A stretch of DNA of 37,525 nucleotides, taken from IMG/VR virus record IMGVR_UViG_3300017913_002411, positions 1-37,525 of that record, one strand, 5' to 3'. Of the stretch, positions 1 to 7,876 are shown in pieces. Made by a program: the position numbers and the translations under genes. The notes below the pieces were generated by a model that saw only the letters and a program-made list of their open reading frames with translations, was not told the DNA's origin and did no database searches. Position 1 is the stretch's first letter. Every line of letters starts with the position of its first letter. The stretch is from a virus (lineage: Duplodnaviria; Caudoviricetes).

Positions 1-1402
1 ATAATGTATGTATAGATGACCCGTTCTTATTTACTCGTATGTTCAACGCTGACCCTGCAGGTGCAATACCAACAAAAGGTCTAATCCTTGTGATCTCAAT
101 ATCACGTGGTGCATACCAACGAGCAGTACCAGTTGTTACGGAAAGTGTTCCATCTTGTTCAAGTGTGGTATGAGCTTCGGTTTGTACCCTTTGTTCTGTA
201 GCTGATGTAACACCAAGTCTTTGATTGATATAGTTAGAATCAATGACTGTACCACGTGTATTTTGGAAAATGCTTTCGACTTTATTTGAATCTAAGTTTG
301 CTGTAAATCTCTCGGCTGAATCGAGCATATTCTTTGTACGCATAAAGGTTTTCATGCGTGTTTCGTCAATAGAATTTCTTTCGATCTCTTCTTTAATACG
401 ATCAACAAACGTGGTTGTCTTTTCCATATATTCACGAAGATCTTGCGGAACAAACTTTCCTTTGAGTGCATCGTATGTTAGACACATTTGTCCTTGAATA
501 GTTGGTACATCTCTTACAGGTGCAGGATCGGCATGCCCTTCTTGGTCATGTTGAAAATATAATACATATCTACCATCACCATCTTGTTCTACTGAGAGAT
601 CTTTAATCGTGATTTCACCTCTCATAGATGAATGATTTCCACATTGATAATATAATGTACTTGGTGCATCTGAAGGAACTACAAATGTTAATGTTCCATT
701 GTCTGTCCTAGAATTTGTCACACCACTTGTATATTCGCCAACATAACTACCGGCAGCAAAGTTGATACCATTGTCAGTAGTAAGATAGAAAGGATGTCCA
801 GAAGCATTAACAATAAAGTTATACGTATTACCTCTACGTAGAGGCCCTATGTTAGGATTGGATCCATGAGCTGTACCCGTAAAACGGTACGCACCAGATA
901 GATGTCCTACGTTATATGTCACTGTAGATGATGTTAGAGTAGGTATGGTAAATGTTTCAGGCACTTCCCAATTTAATCTTTGTACCTTCTGACCTGAGTC
1001 AGTGATGCCCGTAAATGTCTGGTTTGACACACTGTCATATGTTACCCAATCAACTAAGTTTGCTGTACCAGGTTCCTCGATCCACTTCAAATATATTTTA
1101 TGTGTCTGAGATGAGCTGTCGTTTTGATTGAACGCTGCATAGTTATCAAGTTGATATGTACCCTTTTTGTATATTGGCACACTTGTTTGTGTCTGTAAAG
1201 AAATCTTTTCACGCTCGTATGGAAGCGTAGTTGGGTTCCAAGACCACTTCCAAACACCATGGCCTGAATCTCGATTATCTACAGCAAAGTTTAATGTCTC
1301 AGGTTCAATTGTCTGATCGATGATGTTATCGAACACATCGATCTTGAGATCTCCTGATGAGTCTTGAATGATTGTAGCAAGTTGTCTATTTCTTGATGCC
1401 AT
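1..1402 (-). CDS. Putative virion structural protein with a cupredoxin-like domain (3'-partial, at least 467 aa; not in the ORF track)
   Basis: The ATG at 1402-1400 overlaps the gp3 stop (TAATG). My translation is open to the window edge: MASRNRQLATIIQDSSGDLKID...NASGHPFYLT...TLYYQCGNHSSMRGEITI...ARWYAPRDIEITRI. It contains about 8 DS motifs. Confidence 0.8.
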   Translation of the reverse strand, partial: MASRNRQLATIIQDSSGDLKIDVFDNIIDQTIEPETLNFAVDNRDSGHGVWKWSWNPTTLPYEREKISLQTQTSVPIYKKGTYQLDNYAAFNQNDSSSQTHKIYLKWIEEPGTANLVDWVTYDSVSNQTFTGITDSGQKVQRLNWEVPETFTIPTLTSSTVTYNVGHLSGAYRFTGTAHGSNPNIGPLRRGNTYNFIVNASGHPFYLTTDNGINFAAGSYVGEYTSGVTNSRTDNGTLTFVVPSDAPSTLYYQCGNHSSMRGEITIKDLSVEQDGDGRYVLYFQHDQEGHADPAPVRDVPTIQGQMCLTYDALKGKFVPQDLREYMEKTTTFVDRIKEEIERNSIDETRMKTFMRTKNMLDSAERFTANLDSNKVESIFQNTRGTVIDSNYINQRLGVTSATEQRVQTEAHTTLEQDGTLSVTTGTARWYAPRDIEITRIRPFVGIAPAGSALNIRVNKNGSSIHTL

Positions 1403-1920
1403 TATACTAACTCAAAATAGTTGAACCTAAATGATGCATTATAGGTTATGAATTCGGTTCCAGATGCAGTCGATTCAAAGTTGATATCACCGAGTGCTAC
1501 AGGCACTGCATCAATATAACGTACTTGTTTCGTTGTATTATTATGACTTGATAAGATAGAAAGAGTGATATCAGCATAAGTTGGTGGGTTCTGCATAGCA
1601 TTACCAGTTCTTTGTGTGCTGTTCACTCGATAATCAATGTCTGTATCAAGCAACCTACGAATCCATTGGAACATCTCATCGTAGCCCTGCATATTCTCAT
1701 CAAGTATGATATTACAACTTAATTCGTTAAACGTAAGCTTATCACCAGGGAATGGTACACCAGCGACCTTACGGAATGGCATCTCAACCGCAGACATCAA
1801 CATACCAGGATGTGTAACCGATTGACAGAAGAACTCCAAGTTTGGATAGTTCCGTCTATCGATAGTCAGCTTAAAACTAGTGGGCTGAAGATAATTAAAG
1901 TTGTCTGTTAAAGTTGCCAT
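1402..1920 (-). CDS. gp3: Tail tube terminator / tail completion protein, T4 gp3-like
   Basis: N-terminal NYLQPTSFKL..PNLEFFCQSVTHPG, PFPGDKLTF.EL...ILDENM..Y.EM..W and C-terminal F.F.YFE match the gp3 family. Its position after gp23 matches marine T4-like phages. Confidence 0.85.
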   Translation of the reverse strand: MATLTDNFNYLQPTSFKLTIDRRNYPNLEFFCQSVTHPGMLMSAVEMPFRKVAGVPFPGDKLTFNELSCNIILDENMQGYDEMFQWIRRLLDTDIDYRVNSTQRTGNAMQNPPTYADITLSILSSHNNTTKQVRYIDAVPVALGDINFESTASGTEFITYNASFRFNYFELV

Positions 1921-1925
1921 GGTTC

Positions 1926-1933
1926 TATTTATA
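1926..1933 (-). promoter_or_regulatory. T4-type late promoter TATAAATA upstream of gp3
   Basis: Exact gp55 late consensus, 5 nt before the ATG. Confidence 0.8.
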
Positions 1934-1946
1934 ACAAAAACGAGTT

Positions 1947-1974
1947 AAAAAAAGAGGCAGCCGAAGCTGCCTCT
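1947..1974 (-). terminator. Rho-independent terminator after gp23 with a cUUCGg tetraloop
   Basis: Minus strand reads AGAGGCAGC-TTCG-GCTGCCTCT followed by TTTTTT: a 9-bp perfect stem. Confidence 0.9.
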
Positions 1975-1996
1975 CTTGTTTATTTTATATGTTAAC

Positions 1997-3355
1997 CTAC
2001 GCGCCGAGGATGTTGTCCACGCGGAAGATACGGTAGTACTGGTTAGTCTTTGCAGTTGCCAGACCGTCTGATGGGTTTGTACCAACGAATGGGTTTGAGA
2101 CCATGCCGTAGCGAGTCTTAAAGCCAATCTTCGGCTGGAATGTGTCCTCACCAACCGCACGAACCATTGTTAGTGGTACGTATGGGCAGTAGAAGATACC
2201 TGCATCGTATGGGTTTGTACCCTTATAACCGACGTTGACATAGTCAGCTGTGGCATATGGGTCAATGTATACACGCATACGACCGTTCAGTGTACCTGCG
2301 AAGGTGTTACCTGTGTCATCGACGTTCAGGTTAGTTGCCATTGCAGGTGCATAGTCCAGCATGCCTGAAGCAGCAAGTGCTGAAGCTACGTCAGATGAAC
2401 AGATCATGAAGTTACCTTTACCGCGACGTGTTTCTTTCGCGATTGTGTTAGCTTCACGCTCGATCTGTACGATCAGACCTTTGAACTTTTCAACTGACCA
2501 ACGACCGTCTGCATCTGTTTGCAGGTCGAAGATACCGTTAATAGCTGTGTTACCTGTTGCGGCACCAGTCTTAGCTTGTGAGTTGACTGTACGTACAACT
2601 TCACGGTTGATTTCAGCCATGATTTCTGTTGACAGAATGTTGGCCAACTCAGTTTCGGCGTCCAGACCATGGATTGCTTTCAGGTCTTGTGCCAATTCCA
2701 AGCTGTATTCTGCTTTCAGTGCACGTGACTTTGCAGTCACAGTAGCTTTATCGATTGTGAAGCCCATTTCAGCAAACTGCTCACCACCTGTTTCACCAAG
2801 TGCTTCAGCTTCTGGTGTTGTGTATGGGTCAATCAGGCTTGCTGGATCTGCACGATCGTTATCAATGCTTGAATCTGAGTTCGAGTCAGTGATACCGTCG
2901 AGGCCTGATGGGCCACCAGCTGGGTGTGAAGCTGTTGATGAGTCACCAGAGAAGTTTGACAGTGGCTCATTAAATAGTGCTTCTGTACCCTTACCGCCGT
3001 TATCGTTATTGTTTGCGCCAGCCTTTGTTGTCTTATAGCGTGACTTCATTGCGAAGATCAGGCCAGTTGGACCAGACATAGGCTGAACACCACACATGTC
3101 GTATGCCATCAGATTTGGCATTGCACGACGTACAAGCGCGATCAGCACTGGGTTCCAGTTCTGTACGTTTGATGTGTTGTTTGTTGGTGTTTCTGCAAGC
3201 ATTTGACCTTCTTCGATCAGTGCCTGCTCTTGGTTTTCAAGAACAGCTGCAGTAACAGCTTTCCTGTGGTGATCTTGAATTGTGCCCGCTGACTCAGAGT
3301 TCAGTACCGGTGCCCATTTCTCGATCAGCTTATCGTAAGATACTACGTTTTGCAT
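1997..3355 (-). CDS. gp23: Major capsid protein
   Basis: Hallmark motifs: KWAPVL, LVRRAMPNLMAYD.CGVQPMSGPTGLIFAM, KSRALKAEYSLELAQDLKAIHGLDAETEL, YCPYVPL, FQPKIGFKTRYG. Confidence 0.98.
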   Translation of the reverse strand: MQNVVSYDKLIEKWAPVLNSESAGTIQDHHRKAVTAAVLENQEQALIEEGQMLAETPTNNTSNVQNWNPVLIALVRRAMPNLMAYDMCGVQPMSGPTGLIFAMKSRYKTTKAGANNNDNGGKGTEALFNEPLSNFSGDSSTASHPAGGPSGLDGITDSNSDSSIDNDRADPASLIDPYTTPEAEALGETGGEQFAEMGFTIDKATVTAKSRALKAEYSLELAQDLKAIHGLDAETELANILSTEIMAEINREVVRTVNSQAKTGAATGNTAINGIFDLQTDADGRWSVEKFKGLIVQIEREANTIAKETRRGKGNFMICSSDVASALAASGMLDYAPAMATNLNVDDTGNTFAGTLNGRMRVYIDPYATADYVNVGYKGTNPYDAGIFYCPYVPLTMVRAVGEDTFQPKIGFKTRYGMVSNPFVGTNPSDGLATAKTNQYYRIFRVDNILGA

Positions 3356-3372
3356 TTCTTTGGACTCCCAAA

Positions 3373-4446
3373 TTATTTTTTAGTTTTTTCGATTGCTGAA
3401 AGATACTGAGCCATAGATCCGACAGACTCAACCATTGGTGTATCACCTTCGGTCATTTCTTCTTCAATATCAGCGGACTCAGCTGCTTTTTTGGTAAAGT
3501 ATGATTCTTTGACAGTGTTCACTTTCTCTGCGAAAGCTTCTTCTGATTCAAATTCCATATCAGCTACCAAAGTCTTTAGTTTTTCGACTTGCGTCTCTGC
3601 AAGACCAGTTGAATGTTCGCGAATTACAGCGTCACGCTTATAGGCATCAAGCTCTTCAGCCATTGCCATGTTCTTTGTGATCGCTTCATTGTGCGCTTCT
3701 TCAAGCTCTGATACTTCTGCAGCGAGCTCATCTACCAGGTCAACTTTAGACTCAGGTACTTCGATGTATGATTCTGTGAACAGATCCTTCAGTGAAGTCA
3801 TAAACTTCTCAGCAATTTCTGTACGCAGACCAGTTTCGATGGCTACCTTATTGTCTTCCATCCAGGACTCAACTACGTAGTTAAGATAGTTGTCGACCTT
3901 TTCAACGAGTTCTGACTTAGTAGTTTCAACTTCTTCAGCCAGTTCTTCGTTGTACTTTTCTTCGAGACGATCAATCTCTGCAGACAGCTTTGATTTGATT
4001 GCTGCTTCAAAGATTGTTGCCGCTTTGTCTTTGAAACCGTCTGACAGTGTGGCTTCTTCAGAGATCAGAGCATTCAGATCGTCTGAGAAATCAACTGCTA
4101 CTTCGATTTCTTCTTGTTCAGCAATTGCGTCACCGTCAAAAGCTTCAGGTGCAGTACCTGCGGTCAATGTTGCCAGTACGCCGCCGAGTTTTTCTTTCGA
4201 CATACCTTGCATTGCACCAACTGCAGCTGACATCATGCCAGCCTTAGTCTTAGGCATTGGATCCTGTTTAGTGTTGTCACCTTTTCTGGCTGGTGCCTTC
4301 TTGGTGGCTTCACCTGCTTTATCTGTTGCAGCAACTGACTGAGCTTCGGCGTTTTTAGGATCATGAGTTCCTTCTTCCACAACTTCGTCTGTTACTTCGT
4401 CATGGAGTTCAACTTCCTGATCTTCGATTTGATTTTCATCAGTCAT
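3373..4446 (-). CDS. gp22: Prohead core scaffolding protein
   Basis: Acidic coiled-coil protein with FKDKAATIFEAA, VDNYLNYVVE.W and LKDLFTESYIEVP; lies between gp21 and gp23. Confidence 0.93.
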   Translation of the reverse strand: MTDENQIEDQEVELHDEVTDEVVEEGTHDPKNAEAQSVAATDKAGEATKKAPARKGDNTKQDPMPKTKAGMMSAAVGAMQGMSKEKLGGVLATLTAGTAPEAFDGDAIAEQEEIEVAVDFSDDLNALISEEATLSDGFKDKAATIFEAAIKSKLSAEIDRLEEKYNEELAEEVETTKSELVEKVDNYLNYVVESWMEDNKVAIETGLRTEIAEKFMTSLKDLFTESYIEVPESKVDLVDELAAEVSELEEAHNEAITKNMAMAEELDAYKRDAVIREHSTGLAETQVEKLKTLVADMEFESEEAFAEKVNTVKESYFTKKAAESADIEEEMTEGDTPMVESVGSMAQYLSAIEKTKK

Positions 4447-4457
4447 AGATTGACTCC

Positions 4458-5117
4458 CTATATCTTAGTTTTGAGTAACGAGAGGAAATTCTTAAACTCA
4501 CGAACCTGTGTCTCATAGAGGTCGGCACGTGGAGCTCTTTTAATTTCTGTCTCCATCTGTTCAATATGTCTAGCTTCGATAATACCGTTGTTCCAAACCC
4601 ATTCAACACCTTCCATAACCCCATTAACAAATGCGCTAGGTGCAGATGGATCTTGAACGATATCTACTGCGTTGAGTAGAAAATCGTCTTTGACGATCAT
4701 CGCGTTATTACCTCGTTCTAAACTTCCCATACCACGAGTCGAGACGCCTAAGTTGACACCACCGTCGAGCAAACCTTGAACGATCTTACCCATTGGAGTT
4801 TCCAAAATAGTCGCCTTACCCACAACATCGTTGCCCTTCCATTCGAGCTTTTCGATCTTGTGAGAAACTTTGTCTAAATTAACGGTCGGTCCTTCAGGAT
4901 GATTCAACTCACCTACGGCTCTACCTTTGGTTACTTGCTCTGTATTGTATTTGTTCAGAGCTTTCTCCATTACAGCCTTTGGATATATGCGACCGTTACG
5001 ATTCTTTTGTTCTGCTTGCATAAAGATACCTTCAATGGCATATTTCTTACCACCATCTTTAGTAGCCTCAGTTAAGACTTCAAGATTCTGTTCGGTATAT
5101 TCTGCAATCAGTTTCAT
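4458..5117 (-). CDS. gp21: Prohead protease
   Basis: IEGIFMQAE.KNRNGRIYP, GELNHP, LGVSTRGMGSL, D.VQDPSAP.AFV.G. Confidence 0.96.
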   Translation of the reverse strand: MKLIAEYTEQNLEVLTEATKDGGKKYAIEGIFMQAEQKNRNGRIYPKAVMEKALNKYNTEQVTKGRAVGELNHPEGPTVNLDKVSHKIEKLEWKGNDVVGKATILETPMGKIVQGLLDGGVNLGVSTRGMGSLERGNNAMIVKDDFLLNAVDIVQDPSAPSAFVNGVMEGVEWVWNNGIIEARHIEQMETEIKRAPRADLYETQVREFKNFLSLLKTKI

Positions 5118-5326
5118 TTTTTTAGTACCTTCACGAATTCAGTAGCGGCTTTTTCTGCTTCTGCCTTCGATCTATATTTGTCTAGTCTATCACCGTCAAT
5201 ATACGTAACGAATGCATTCCGTTCTTTGTATACCATTATCTGGATTCTACCAATTTTTTTATTAAGGACCAATTGTCCTTCAGGTTTTCTTCCAGTTAAT
5301 TCGCGAATTTGACTAAATTGTTTCAT
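5114..5326 (-). CDS. Small basic protein upstream of gp21 (possible gp68-position prohead protein)
   Basis: 70-aa ORF with its own late promoter and an ATGA overlap with gp21. Function inferred from position only. Confidence 0.65.
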   Translation of the reverse strand: MKQFSQIRELTGRKPEGQLVLNKKIGRIQIMVYKERNAFVTYIDGDRLDKYRSKAEAEKAATEFVKVLKK

Positions 5327-5333
5327 TTTACTT

Positions 5334-5341
5334 TATTTATA
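5334..5341 (-). promoter_or_regulatory. T4-type late promoter TATAAATA for the 70-aa/gp21-gp23 unit
   Basis: Exact consensus, 7 nt before the ATG at 5326. Confidence 0.8.
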
Positions 5342-5363
5342 CAAGTAATATTTTTAACTGAGA

Positions 5364-5729
5364 TCAAGATTCGTCAGAACCTTCGTCTCCTTCATAATCG
5401 TCTTCCCATTCGAATCCTTCATCCTCGTCGGCGTCATCTTCATCGTCCATTCCGACTTCGTCATCAATATCGGGCTCTTGTAATTCTTCTTCCTCCACGG
5501 CATCTTCGTCCTCATCAGTATCAAGCATTGCTTCTACTTCTTCATCAGAGATATCATCGATATCATCTTCTTGTTCGATACCGTTATAGATCTGATCAGC
5601 TAGTCGAATCTTTTCCTGATCGAGGAGATCATTCATCTTAATAGTCATGATTTCGCCAAAGGCTTTATTGGCATTATTATAATCCTGATCCAATGCCATC
5701 TGAATCAGGTCTTTTGTAGCTTCACTCAT
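5364..5729 (-). CDS. Acidic prohead core protein (gp67-like)
   Basis: Extremely D/E-rich C-terminus; directly downstream of portal with an ATGA overlap. Confidence 0.65.
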   Translation of the reverse strand: MSEATKDLIQMALDQDYNNANKAFGEIMTIKMNDLLDQEKIRLADQIYNGIEQEDDIDDISDEEVEAMLDTDEDEDAVEEEELQEPDIDDEVGMDDEDDADEDEGFEWEDDYEGDEGSDES

Positions 5730-7282
5730 TTATCATCTCCTACAGGCTTGAGTTCAAACTTTTGTGCCGGCGCATCTTGCTCTGGCTCTTCATCTTCTCT
5801 ATCGGCCTCTTCACCGTTCATCTCTTTATCTATTTGTGCGATATCTTCATCTGAAAGCATAAGCACATTTTTCTGTACCCATTCTTTTGAGAAGTATTCA
5901 CCAACATAGTTCTGTACTTGGTCGAGAGTTTGTAGTCTCTCACGCAGCATCTCTGCATCACGTAGTTCTGTAAAGTGGTTATCACGTACATAGTCAATCG
6001 TGATATCGTTCTTCCACTCTTGCCAATCTTCTTCGGTAATAATACCTTTCATGATTAGCTGTGTTTTGAGGATGCCATAAAATAAATGTGCAAATCGATT
6101 TCTGAGGCGGTCAATGAACTTTTGAAACTTTAACTCGTCACGATTTACCTCGGTCGAACGACCTAAACTAAACTGTGCTTCTTGCTCTAAACGATTGATA
6201 GGCACGTTCAGTGCACGATACACCTTCTTTTGGAAATAGATGATGTCATCGATCTGACCTAAGTTCTCACCACCTGGTAATGTGGTGATCTCAGTACCCT
6301 TACCACCTTCACGGCGTGGTAACCAAAAGTCTTCGAGTAATGACTGATGCTTACGATCATCTCTAATCTCGCCAGTCTTCGCATCGTATACAAGCTTATT
6401 ACGATACTTTGTCATGATTGACTTGAGGTATTCTTCTGACTTACCACGTGGCATGTTACCAACATCAATATAGAAGATACGTCTTTCAGGTGCTCGAGCA
6501 AGACGATAGATAACCAACGAGTCTTCCATCATCCGTAGCTGGTTAATTGGCTTCAAGCCTTTATGTAAGTGTGATACGATCTTCTTACGATCTTCGCTTA
6601 GCAAACCAGATGTGACGTATGATACAGAATCAACTGTCATCTTGATGCCTGAGTTTGATTGACCTGGTTTTTCTTGGAATATGAAGAACTCTTCGGTCTT
6701 ATCAACTAGCTTAGCACCAGTTAGTTCATCCTTCTTATACTTTACTTTTTTGACCTTGCGCATCTTAGCTGCATCGATTGGTCGAATCTCTTGAATACCT
6801 TCTTTTGGATTATTCTCATCAACTACAAGATGATGATATAAACGGCCATCAACATACCAACGACGAAAGATGTCGTAGCCTATCTCTTTGAAGTTCAACA
6901 TGCCGTATATGGTATCGAATTCTTCTTTAATTACTTTTTTGATTCTATCAGGAGCCTTGACATCATCAAGGTTGATGTCCATATTTTGTGTTAACTCTGA
7001 TCCACTGATCGACTCATTAACGATGTCTTCGATAGCAGCATCAACTTCTGGATGCATCGCGTTACCACGATACTTCATGATAAGCTGATAGTTATCTTTC
7101 GAGTCATCGCCGTCGAGATTTAAGTATTGTCCATAATGTGTACCAGCTGCAGTAGCATAACTTCCACCTTCATCGTCCCGTGGAGGCACGATAGATGGTA
7201 GCTTCTGATCTTCTTTCTTTTTAGCCTTTTTGATTTCAAAACCAAATAAGGTTAAGCCTTGTTTGCCTACTTCTTCTGCCAT
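5726..7282 (-). CDS. gp20: Portal vertex protein
   Basis: IFRRWYVDGR, NQLRMMEDSLVIYRLARAPERRIFYIDVGNMP, EDFWLPRREGGKGTEITTLPGG, RDELKFQKFI. Confidence 0.98.
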   Translation of the reverse strand: MAEEVGKQGLTLFGFEIKKAKKKEDQKLPSIVPPRDDEGGSYATAAGTHYGQYLNLDGDDSKDNYQLIMKYRGNAMHPEVDAAIEDIVNESISGSELTQNMDINLDDVKAPDRIKKVIKEEFDTIYGMLNFKEIGYDIFRRWYVDGRLYHHLVVDENNPKEGIQEIRPIDAAKMRKVKKVKYKKDELTGAKLVDKTEEFFIFQEKPGQSNSGIKMTVDSVSYVTSGLLSEDRKKIVSHLHKGLKPINQLRMMEDSLVIYRLARAPERRIFYIDVGNMPRGKSEEYLKSIMTKYRNKLVYDAKTGEIRDDRKHQSLLEDFWLPRREGGKGTEITTLPGGENLGQIDDIIYFQKKVYRALNVPINRLEQEAQFSLGRSTEVNRDELKFQKFIDRLRNRFAHLFYGILKTQLIMKGIITEEDWQEWKNDITIDYVRDNHFTELRDAEMLRERLQTLDQVQNYVGEYFSKEWVQKNVLMLSDEDIAQIDKEMNGEEADREDEEPEQDAPAQKFELKPVGDDK

Positions 7283-7300
7283 ATCATTTCACTCAAGTAT

Positions 7301-7328
7301 TGGAGAGGCACGTGATTATGCCTCTCCA
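7301..7328 (-). other. Intergenic 10-bp stem-loop between gp19 and gp20
   Basis: TGGAGAGGCA-N8-TGCCTCTCCA perfect inverted repeat. There is no clear U-tract, so a terminator role is uncertain. Confidence 0.6.
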
Positions 7329-7331
7329 TTC

Positions 7332-7339
7332 TATTTATT
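7332..7339 (-). promoter_or_regulatory. Probable variant late promoter (AATAAATA) upstream of gp20
   Basis: One mismatch to TATAAATA; overlaps the gp19 stop. Confidence 0.5.
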
Positions 7340-7865
7340 ATGTTGTTGTATCAGTATCGTAATACTGATAAGCGAAGGTTACCTGGAACCTTTCGATCTC
7401 ATCGTTTGAGCTATAAGCCAAATCGATTGGAGACATCTCTTGAGGAAATGCACCTCTGAAGTTGTATGTCTTCAAGATGTCGCCTGAACGATCGAGCTGT
7501 TCTACCTTCAGGTCTGCTTCGTATGCAATCGGTGAAGTGAGACCAGTATTTGCACTGTGTGCGTTCATACCGTTCATCCAACGTTCCATTGAGTTGCGGA
7601 TCGCAAAGTCTGTATCATTGATGATGGTAACTGTCCACACATCAAATGTACGATCACCTGCAATCTTCAACTGACGACCACGAAAAGGAACAACGATTTG
7701 TCCTACTGTGGAGCCTGGAAGTTGTGCTGTCTCACAAAGGAATGATGTCAATTCTGCATCACCATTTGCATAGCCAGGAAAGTTAATCGTAGCCTTAAAG
7801 AGGTTAGGACGTGCGCCACCGCCTCTGAGCTTCGACTTAAAGTCATCTACGCCGAGAATAGCCAT
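7338..7865 (-). CDS. gp19: Tail tube protein
   Basis: GGARPNLF, LPGST.G.I.VPFRGRQLKIAGDRTF..WTVTI.ND.DF.IR..MERW. Confidence 0.96.
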   Translation of the reverse strand: MAILGVDDFKSKLRGGGARPNLFKATINFPGYANGDAELTSFLCETAQLPGSTVGQIVVPFRGRQLKIAGDRTFDVWTVTIINDTDFAIRNSMERWMNGMNAHSANTGLTSPIAYEADLKVEQLDRSGDILKTYNFRGAFPQEMSPIDLAYSSNDEIERFQVTFAYQYYDTDTTT

Positions 7866-7876
7866 ATCTTACCTCC

